DNA from: Magallana gigas
Taxonomy: Eukaryota
DNA: 64,000 bases
Assembly: GCF_963853765.1 (NCBI RefSeq)
Contig: NC_088855.1
Coordinates: 50,096,001 to 50,160,000 of the forward strand
Direction: 5' to 3'
In this document: in pieces, positions 1-24,909 of the stretch
Layout: the number at the start of each line of letters is the position of its first letter
Position numbering within the stretch: the first letter of the stretch is position 1
The notes under the pieces: model-generated
Seen by the model: the letters and a program-made list of their open reading frames with translations, nothing else
Database searches by the model: none
What the model was told of the DNA's origin: nothing
Program-made: the position numbers and the translations under genes

Positions 1-476
1 TCATTGTAAATCAGCACCAAGTTTTATATGATATGAATAACATCTGGATACTTTTCCATTAATACAATGTTGTGCAATAGTATTGGATATTTTAACAATC
101 TTACTTATGAAATGAAAATAGCAAACCCAACAGCAATTGTTTTACAGCGCAACAGACGTTTTTCTATTTATATGTCGCAACTTAGTTTTAACTCAATATA
201 TGTATTTTACAAGGTAAACTATTTTGTGAAACTAATAAGTGTATCAATTAATCGAGTTTAAAGCTACTGAGTTTTATATCATCATAGCTATCCCTCAAAT
301 TTTAAGAGGTTCGATCATATTTCCCTTTTATACCTTTTCTAATGATATCGATTACCAAATGATAACCAAATGGTGTAAAAAATTATAGCCAATGTAATTG
401 TGCAGTATTGCAAGAAAGTGTTGTCCTTTCATTAAATAAAATCGCTATGTTGATTTATAATATTCATTTTTTCCAG

Positions 477-15302
<14,826 letters not shown>

Positions 15303-15399
15303 ATTGAATGCAGCTTTAAAAACGTGTACAATATTTCTTTCAGAAAGCATTATGAAGTACACACAATAGTAAATGTTTTAAGGGGTCTGGGCAGTCAAC

Positions 15400-15718
15400 A
15401 TGTTACACTCATTAGTACAAGTGTTGCGATGTTAATAAGATATTTTACCATTGTTTTCTTGGTCGTTAAAATCCGTAGCTTACCCAAAGATAGCAATGCT
15501 GTCCCGCCTTCTTTATCGCAAACACTTAATAATGATCGCAAAGTCTGTAATGCTTCAAATACAAAAAAGCAACCTAGTAGCTGTTTCTCGTATACAACTA
15601 ACTGCGGGACATACGATGCAACGCAGCCCTTTTATCTGAACCTCGTGAGGTATTGTCTCATTATTTTAGAAATAATACAACGGGACAAGCAAGACCTAAT
15701 AAGACCAGTAACAAATGA
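15400..15718 (+). pseudogene. Orphan, frameshifted inverted paralog of the last exon of the four-TM gene at 17683-21213
   Basis: TLISTSVAMLIRYFTIVFLVVKIRSLPKDS vs SLIITTIAMLFKSSIIVHLMGKIRSLPEDS, with an exact shared aaaatccgtagctt. DATQP is followed by LSEPREV only after a 1-nt shift near 15630. No upstream exons are available because the ABCC gene ends at 15302. Confidence 0.65.
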
Positions 15719-17682
15719 TTCGTTTGAAGAAGAGTCTATCATCGTTATGCAGAGTTCATGCTACTAAATTATACAGATTATCGACTGACTACTATATTGT
15801 ATTATCCATCAGGTGAGGATGTTGATAATCGAGTGAAACCCTTTTTTATGGGAGACACAGGACATGCACTGATTACGTGACTATCATTGCAATGATGCTT
15901 TGATGCGCTAACTCTATTATTGCAGGTATACTACTAATGTATACTATTGTAGTGAAATGCTAAATAAAAAAATTATCAAATTAGACATGTAGTAGAGGGA
16001 AACAGATTTTACTTTCAAAAGAGACGCGCTTATGAAATACATGTACATTAATAATACATCTTCGTTGTAAAAAATAAATAAAATTACCGTTTCCTTTAAA
16101 AAGAATTCAAAACAGTTGCAGTCTTTTGTTTTCAATTCATAATGCCAGTAAAGTTGCATATTGAAACCCTTCCATTTATACTAGTGAACATGTATGGTCC
16201 CATTACCGACTCCCCAGAATTGTCTCTGTTTTATTACTGTTTTACGAAATACTATGTTATATACTTATTTTCTGTACCAATACCATGTATATGTGAAATT
16301 GTAAAAGAGTTTCAATAAAAGTTACATATTGCATCAGCAAATGCATTGTTGTCTATTATATAACAACTTTTCCCATATAAACCTCACAGTTTGTTTCAAA
16401 AATATTCTTAAGGTCTACCATCTCATTGCTATCAGTTCTGCAACTTTGAAGAATTTTAAAGGTTTGCTCGATTACAATCATATATTTCATTGATTCACTT
16501 GTGAACGGGAAAGGAATGTGTACCTGTGGTGAAGTCCAACGTTTTGAACTCCGACATATTGGTGCCATCTTCTGAAACCCACAGCCAGTCTCGCATAGGA
16601 CTACTGTTGGTTTTGCATTTATGGTCATTGATAATATTATTTTGCATTGTTGAATTTAAATTACCATTGATTTTGTAAAAATGTAATTTTTGCCCTCTCC
16701 GCTGCCCATACTACAGACTGCAAACCCACTCATTGAAGTTCTACCGAGGAGGAAACGATCTATAGGCTTCAATTTTAAGAGATAATGTTAGGAAAGGATC
16801 ATTTTTTGAAATTGTTGATAGATGCAATGCGATTGATAAAATTTTCATCAGTGTGAAAGTGGAAAATGGCGTGAAATTATTAATGAGAACAATTAATATG
16901 AAGGGAGTTGGGTCGCGGTCATTTTTTTAAAGTTATTTTTTTTTTACATCAAATGAAATAACTGCAAGCTTTTGGAAGTAAAATTGTATAATTAATATAC
17001 AGCAGTTCTAAAACAAATTAAACATGAATTTCGAAATATAGACATAACTTTATTCTCCGAGTAAAGACAAAAATTATTTGAATATATGAAGCTTAAAATA
17101 ATAGGCTATTATCTTAACAACCAACTTGAAATCATGATAAAAAGAACAGATACACGTGGCAAGAAAATGACATAACAAAAGCGATCAAAGTAAAGATGCA
17201 ACAACTTATCTTTATAAACCTAATTCATTTCAAAACATTTACCTTGTAACGGTTCCTATTTTATGATGAAATTGAGTTCTTTATAAAAATCCGATTGGAT
17301 AACATTCTCTTACAGAAATCACAAAGATTATTAATAGATCAAAATCGTACTCTTTTGTAAATGTGCTTAAATTTGCTTATTCGTGATAAAGTCAATAGAC
17401 AGAGACAATTATGCAAGTTGTCTTTCGAGATATATACACTTAATTTACTTAAATTAAATATGAATTTGTCATACTTCCGTTGTTGGACGGAGCCATTCGT
17501 CAAACCATAGATACATAACATCATTAATACAACATTCTCAGTTGTCGGACTTTCGTCAAAGGCCAAGCACAGTTTTATATAAGTGTGAGCTTGTACGGTC
17601 TCTAGAATTGTATCCACTTAGGGTCGAACCTTTCGTCAAAAGATAAGTCTCTAAGCTATACCATTTGTGGAGTAATTGTGGA

Positions 17683-20600
17683 TCATGGTTGGTCGGATCT
17701 TTCGTCAAACGGGTTGTAATGTGCCGGGCCATTCGGTAATGGCCGCTCCATTGTGTTATTTCCATGGTAATTTGGGAACACTTCTCGGGGTTCAGAAAGA
17801 AGGGGTTGCGTTGCGTCGGATGACCCATAATACACTGGGGTTGGCGTTGTAGAACGAGAACCGGGTCGTCGTGTTGTGGTTGTAGTGTAAGGGTTATTTT
17901 GAGTACTCGCTACGTTACTGAGTGATTGATACGGAGGGGGAAGAGTTTCGTTGTTGACAGGCGAGTCCTCGGGCAAGCTACGGATTTTGCCCATTAAATG
18001 GACGATGATGGATGATTTGAACAACATTGCGATAGTTGTGATTATCAAAGAATACGGGGTCTTTACATTTGATACAACATGAACAGGATCGAATACGTCA
18101 ATACTGCTGGTGACAATCGTCTTCTTTGCCAGGAGATAAATGGTCACGTATTCAGCGATGACCGTAAACATTATGAAAACTGCAAAATACAAAAACTTAC
18201 AAGTTATGAGTATCAAAATGATTACTTGTAAATAAAACTCAACACTTATATAAAGGCATTTGAAACTACATGTACATACACGAGCCTGTCATAAGAAACA
18301 GAGGTAACACATATTCCAGCACGTTTTTCGTAGTATTAACTCTGTTTCTTCTGGTTGCGCACTTTGTTGTGATGAATGCAAAGAAATTAAGGATGACCGC
18401 AAAACCAACGTTGAACTCCGCTGCAATGTACCTTGGATATAAATCATCTCCTAAACAAATAGAAGAGGGAAATAACTATATATGATAATAGTCAAATGTG
18501 GCCCCTAAAATTCGCCATTTTTTAAAATTCTTTCAGGTACATTAAATTGTGGTGTTACTTTTTTTTTTAGAATAGTTTATATTTTTTCGAATGGGAAATA
18601 TAGAGCTACTCTTTGAACAAGAACGGAATTTTTGTTAATTATAAGTACTGGAGAGATACATCTTAAACGGATAAGTGAAAATATTTTGTTTGTTCAAGCA
18701 ATTACTCAATTTTTTTTAAAAAGAAAAACTGCTTGAAAACAAGCCGTTTTATGCTAAAAATGCGAAGAAAATTGTGGGAAATGGTTAACTTTATGATGTC
18801 ATATTTTTAAATTGTTGGCACAAAATGAAAATTATGAAAAAACTTCAAATGAATTACAGTCATTTAAGGGGGGGGGGGGGGGCATTATAGGCTCAAACCA
18901 TATAAATAGCCCTTTTACAAATAAACTATCCGTAATAAACAAAACTGTGAAGCGAAAATCTCGTCAGTTTTACATGCTACTGTATATACGCATAATGGCC
19001 TATTGAAAAAAAATATTTACATTTCTTTTTAGACACGTAGGTTCAATTAAGAAATATAATTATTTTTGCAGTCGGTTATGTTAAGGCCCTGTCACACCAA
19101 GTTGCGTCCCCACGGCGTGTTCACGGCTTTGTGAAATTCATGGAATCGCCGTAGGATCGCAAGGAAAATTCAGAAAAAATGTACAGTTTTATTTGAAAAT
19201 TTTACAAGTGGAGATGTCACGGCGTCTTGGTGGCGACCGAGGATTTCTTACGGAGCTCCCACGGCGTGTAACTGCGTTTCCACAGAGTTCTACTTCGCGA
19301 TTGACTGCGCTCTCGCTGAGTCTCCGCCGAGCGCTCATGACGTGCTAGGAGTTTTTACCGCGCGTCCACGGCGTGCTCTGCGCGCTGACTGCACATACAC
19401 ACACGTTCTTTACTTCTTGGAAGGTTAATATTAATTTGTACACCCGTATGGGAAACGAAAAAGAATTTATAACTAGTAAATAAATGATTAAAAAATTGTT
19501 TTGTTCATAAATTATGAAAAGGTACATTGTAATTGAAACGTAACTACTTCTAAACAATTTGTGAAGGACTAGGACAAAGCTCTTAGTAGTCAGGTCTAAA
19601 AAAAAGATCCGTTATTAGTTGTTAGAAAACATAGAAAAGATGTAAAAACATCAGAACCAAATGGCATGAATTCCATCTACGTCCATTGATAGGTCATGGA
19701 ATATTAGCAAATGCTACTTTTTCAGACATAGTCATCTACATCCAGTTGAATAATTGCTACATCGCCTGCTATTGTACAACAGCCATTGTTCGAGGTTTCG
19801 TGTTCTTGATGACAGCGCACTAGAAACGCCGTGGGAGCGCGTAGAAACGCAGAAGAAACGTCAAGAGAACACGATGAACGCAGCAACGACTCTTTTGGGT
19901 CGCTGTGTGAACGCAGCCAAATGAAAAACAACTTGTTCAAACGCTGTGGATGCGCAGTGAGAGCGCGATAGAGACGCAGTGAGATCTTAAAGGACTCCGT
20001 GAGGTCTCCGTGCAAGCGCAGTTGACTTATCACTGCGTCTACGCTGCGATTAGCTGCGTTCCTTGAGCGCGCCAACGGAGCTCTCGTGGCGCTGTTGGAG
20101 ACCTTACGGCGCTGTCACGGCGACCTCACTACGCTTCTACGGCGTGTTTAACAGAACGCAGAGTCATGGCGCGTACTTTGTGCATGTTCAAATTGCGCGC
20201 CGTTGCATGGCGTTCTTAAATGTTCAAGGCGATCCCACCGCGACGGACAAAGATGTCGTTGCTTTGTTACGGCGCTGTAGGAGACATTTACCTTGCGTTT
20301 ACCTTGGCGTTTAACATTATTTAAGGCTCCGGTGTGACAGGGGTTTAAAACAACACTGTGTTGAATTTTCTGTTTAGGCCGGGAATATTGTGCACAAGAA
20401 AAAGTATATTTACAGCATTCCACGGTGATTTCCGTGCCTTATTGTACAGAGATATATTTAGGATCAGTACTTAGCGATATTGTTGATTGAGATCAATGTA
20501 GCCTTTTCCCGCCTTATATAACCCTTGTATCACATACACGCCACGTGTTTTGCTCCTAATCTCGCGCTAGATAACGCGACAAGCTTTCACAACCATCTGT

Positions 20601-21213
20601 CTATGTACGTGTTATCTAGGGTGGCTCTGCAGGTAATAAATAAATTTGCAATAGCAAATGTACCTGTTGACATAAAAAGTATATCTGAATGTAAACATAT
20701 CAATTGCAAGAATAGTATTAAACACTGTAATGAATGGCTTCTTCACATGGACAACTGATATCAGTAATTTAGTCATTACATAAAACAAATGCTGGAATAT
20801 AAAAAAGCTCTGAGTACTTCTGTTCCCTAACAATACGTGCGATAAGCCAGTGCTAGTAGTCTTTAATATGTCCCAGTCGACATGGCCATTGCTCATATCA
20901 TTCTGAATACTTATATAGAGGCTGGGAGATTAACATTACATACAGATACAAATAGAGTAATGGTGATCATGCATTTGTAATGATCAAATTAAACGAATAA
21001 CAAACCTTGGTAAGAGTGGTTGAACGAGTCTTCATAGAACGTGTTAGCTAAACAGCCATCCCTCGTACATTTCATGTAGTAAAAGAGTCCGTAGTTTGTG
21101 CTGTTTGTGCCATAAGTCAAACTCTCCTGGACGATCCTGACCCATCCAGGGGACAGAATTCCTGCCAGGAAGATCAGCGCCTCGACTAGGGTGAAAACAG
21201 TCAGACACGACAT
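17683..21213 (-). CDS. Uncharacterised four-TM claudin/PMP22-like membrane protein, 291 aa, 3 exons
   Basis: Exons 21213-21006, 18450-18280 (absent from the ORF track), 18179-17683, all joins phase 1. TM1 ends ILSPGW. The first loop has YGLFYYMKC-x4-C, resembling the claudin W-GLW-C-C motif. Three more hydrophobic segments follow, then a Pro/Thr-rich tail with PPPY and NPF. Confidence 0.75.
19085..20344. mobile_element. Non-autonomous TIR element, PIF/Harbinger-like, GC-rich
   Basis: ttaa|GGCCCTGTCACACC ... GGTGTGACAGGGGT|ttaa. Many CACGGCG/GGCGT subterminal motifs; no transposase-like ORF. Lies in intron 1 of the four-TM gene. Confidence 0.65.
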
Positions 21214-21655
21214 CCTGGTGAAGAACAATATGCGCACTCTACGTTATCAATTCCGATAATTTGTACTTTCTGTTTTAACCTAAGGTGCATCGCATTTGCC
21301 AGAGTTGTAAAAAATTACTGATTCAAAAAAAAACCGCACTGATTTAATGTAAGTGTAAGAGACTTTATCGATTAAAAAAAAGCATACAGTGTCGGTGATT
21401 TTGCTATGGATTGGATGTCCCCACTTATATAGACTCTTACAACTTTAATGCGCATGGTTTTAAAGTGTTTTGTTAAGCCATGTCAAATAAAAATTAATTT
21501 TAATTGAATAGTTATCGTGATTTATCCATTAATTATCAAATAAATTTCAAAGTGAAACACGACATTTCCGGAAACGGATTGTGAAAGTCTAGCTTTTTGT
21601 CCAGAGTGGGGTCGACTCTTTACTGGGTTTGTGTGATGGGGTAATAATAAGTTTC

Positions 21656-23879
21656 TATGGTGGCATATCTCTGCCCCTTGTGTGCAAGTTATTTTTCTAT
21701 CAAATATGTCGACATGCAATATGAATATGTTGACATGCAAGATAATTATGTCAACATGCAACATAATTATGTTGACGTGCAAGAAAATTGCAATCAGATA
21801 AGAATTATACAAAATATCAAAAAATATCAAATATCGCTCACCTGTGACATCCAAGATGCTAGATGCTACCTTTTTATGTCGACATGCAACTTATTTATGT
21901 CATCATGCAACTTATTTATGTCGACATGCAACTTATTTATGTCGACATGCAACTTACTTATGTTGACATGCGAGATGAATATGTTGACATGCAACTTAGT
22001 TATGTTAACATGCGAGATAAATATGTTGACATACAACTCACAAGTTGTATGTCTACATAACAAAGTTGCATGTCCACATAAATATGTTGCATGTCAACAT
22101 ATTTAACTTGCATGTTAACATAACTAAGTTGCATGTCGACATAACTAAGTTGCATGTCGACATAAAGAAGTTGCATGTTAACATAAATAAGTTGCATGTT
22201 GACATCAATAGGTAGCGTATCTAGCATCTTTGATGTCACATGTAGGCGATATTTGAGGTTTTTTTATAATTCTTACTTGATTGTAGTTATCTTGCATGTC
22301 AACATAGTTATGTTGCATGTTGACATAACTACCTTGCATGTCAACATATTTATCTTGCATGTCGACATAATTAATACCGAGCGCAGCGAAAGGCGGGCGA
22401 AGCCCGCCTCGCGAAGCGAGGATTAATGGTAACACGTATATATAAGAAAATCAGTGAAAAATGAAAGTTGAATCAGGGGTACTAAGGCCAAAAAAAAATT
22501 CTTCCAGCCCTGGGCGCCGCCATATTGGCAGCCATTTTGTTTTTAAAAAGTTAGTTCGATCATTGATTGACTGGTACTTATCGATGTTTATTGCCCCTAA
22601 ACTCGATTAAATAAGTTCCAGTGTTTCAATAGAAGTTAATTTGAATTAAAAGAAATTATAAAGGAAACCAGATAAGTTTCAATAGTGCTTAAATCAAGAA
22701 ACACGACTTGTTCTATGTATGTCTTATCAAATTATCAGATGGAAAATAAAAACATTAACGCCAAGAAACTGATCTTTTAGATACTGAACAAAATATGCAA
22801 TTTTATTACAGCGGTATTCATATGAATTAAATTGAAGAACATTAAAAGAAGAAATAGAAAAATTCGGAACTCTACGTAACTCTCTTCGGCTATTTCCGAA
22901 GACAAACTTGAACGTCTGAAATATGACGTCATAATGTAGACTGAGCACGCGACGTTTAGTTTAACTTTGACGAATGGTATGAGTAGGCAACCATGCAGGC
23001 GGATCTTACTGTGTGCGTTTTGAATAGATTTCATCATACAAAAATCAAACTGCATAATGTTAAATCTGCGCTCGGTCCAACGGTCACACCGTTTACATAT
23101 TACCGAGCGCAGCGAGAGGCGGGCGAAGCCCGCCTCGCGAAGCGAGGATTAATGGTAACACGTATATATAAGAAAATCAGTGAAAAATGGATGTTGAATC
23201 AGGGGTACTATGGCCAAAAAAAAATTCTTCCAGCCCTGGGCGCCGCCATATTGGCAGCCATTTTGTTTTTAAAAAGTTAGTTCGATCATTGATTGACCGG
23301 TACTTATCGATGTTTATTGCCCCTAAACTTGATTAAATAAGTTCCAGTGTTTCAATAGAAGTTTATTTGAATTAAAAGAAATTAAAAAGGAAACCAGATA
23401 AGTTTCAATAGCGCTTCAATCAAGAAACACGACTTGTTCCATGTATGTCCTATCAAATTATCAGATGGAAAATAAAAACATTAACGTCAAGGAACTGATC
23501 TTTTAGATACTGAACAAAGTATGCAATTTTATTACAGCGGCATTCATATGAATTAAATTGATAAACAATAAAAGAAGAAATAAAAAAAATCCGGAACTCT
23601 ACGTAACTCTCTTCTGCTATTTCCGAAGACAAAACTTGAACGTTTAACGTCTGAAATATGACGTCATAATGTAGACTGAGCACGCGACGTTTAGTTTAAC
23701 TTTGACGAATGGTATGAGTAGGCAACCATGCAGGCGGATCCTACTGTGTGCGTTTTAAATAGATTTTATCATACATAAATCAAACTACACTGTGTTAAAT
23801 CTGCGCTCGGTCCAACGGTCCCACCGTTTACATATTAGAAAAATAACTTGCACGCAAGGGGCAGAGATATGCCACCATA
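21656..23879. mobile_element. IS3EU-like foldback element with 21-bp minisatellite arms, interrupted by a HINE dimer
   Basis: 44-bp TIR TATGGTGGCATATCTCTGCCCCTTG.GTGCAAGTTATTTTTCTA. 6-bp TSD AGTTTC on both flanks. 21-bp units (ttatgtcgacatgcaacttat) switch orientation near 22040. Confidence 0.8.
22375..23835 (+). mobile_element. Head-to-tail dimer of a Helentron-associated element (HINE), ~726 + ~735 bp
   Basis: Copies start TACCGAGCGCAG at 22375 and 23101. Each ends with the subterminal inverted repeat CTGCGCTCGGT plus hairpin AACGGTC.CACCGTT. No TSD. Confidence 0.8.
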
Positions 23880-23989
23880 AGTTTCCACAGTTTATAATTT
23901 TTTTTCACCTATTGGCATAGGGAAATCTAATCCAGGACTAATTTTCCTATACTATAGGTTGGCATGAGGGGGAAGGGGGTTTATGTGTT

Positions 23990-24207
23990 CTGCGTTTTAC
24001 AAAAGAACTTGCGACTTACGACCAAATTAATGAATGTTTATTAATCACGAACTAATCAATGTTTTATTGTAATATTTGTTTTAAATATAATTATGGAAAT
24101 CAAAATAGTTGTAAATAAATGGTTTGATATAAGTTTTGTTTATTAAAAACCGTTCCATGAGATGAAAATATTTACCACTTTGTCGTAAGTTCTTTTGTAA
24201 AACGCAG
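23990..24207. mobile_element. Short TIR MITE remnant
   Basis: tgcgttttacaaaagaacttgcgac / gtcgtaagttcttttgtaaaacgca inverted repeat. Confidence 0.5.
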
Positions 24208-24785
24208 TCCAGGTACGTAACATGTGTTTATAAGGGGCCAGACTCATCCAAAAAAAATCTTGACAAGCAAAAAAAAAATGTTCATGCGAATCATGAAAAA
24301 CCTACAATGGGGGAATATACCCAGAACCTCAATTTACCTTTAATTTCTTTATTTTCACTTCGATTTCTTTGCGTTAACCCCCACCCCTCCACCAATGACA
24401 TTTCGCTCATAAAATCTTGTTCTTTTTTTTTCTTCCTTTAATGGAATGTACTCGAGTGTTAAAACACTCAAGTGACTTTGGATTTCTCTAAATAAATAAT
24501 AAATCGTTAGTGATTCGATTTCTTATTATGTATTATGCTAATGTTCAGTACAATAATGAATTTCAGTTATGTTTCCAAATTCAGATCTTCATGGCAAATT
24601 GTGGTCCCAAAATTACATATTCATGCAAAACTTTGACACGCCCAAACCCTTTTTTGAAAATTCTTGTAATTCTGAGTCGTGTGAAAGTAAAGGGTTTTTT
24701 TTTCATTGTTTTAAAGTCAAAATTCTTATTTCTGTTTTTAAAAAAAATATGACAATAATCCGTTGCATGTTGGTTAGTGCATCAT

Positions 24786-24834
24786 ACTTCCGGAATCTTA
24801 CCTTTTACGTTCGGATTTTACACTTTCCGGAAGT
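24786..24834. promoter_or_regulatory. ETS/GABP-type motifs in the FTSJ3 promoter/5' region
   Basis: ACTTCCGG at 24786-24793 and CCGGAAGT at 24827-24834, 75-125 bp upstream of the ATG. Typical of housekeeping promoters. Confidence 0.5.
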
Positions 24835-24909
24835 GTGTTAAGAAAAACAGATGCACATGTGTCTGACAATTTTTTTTAGACTAGGTCAGTAGGTGGTAAG
24901 TAATTCATA

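Noticed and set aside
19345-20423. Several ORFs in a GC-rich island (possible transposase or foreign gene)
   Set aside because: They lie inside a non-autonomous TIR element; no DDE or other recognisable motif; GC-rich sequence has few stops.
21522-22435. Cluster of overlapping ORFs with YVDMQ-type heptad repeats
   Set aside because: Artefact of 21-bp (7-codon) minisatellite units in the foldback element; the ORFs occur on both strands with no gene structure.
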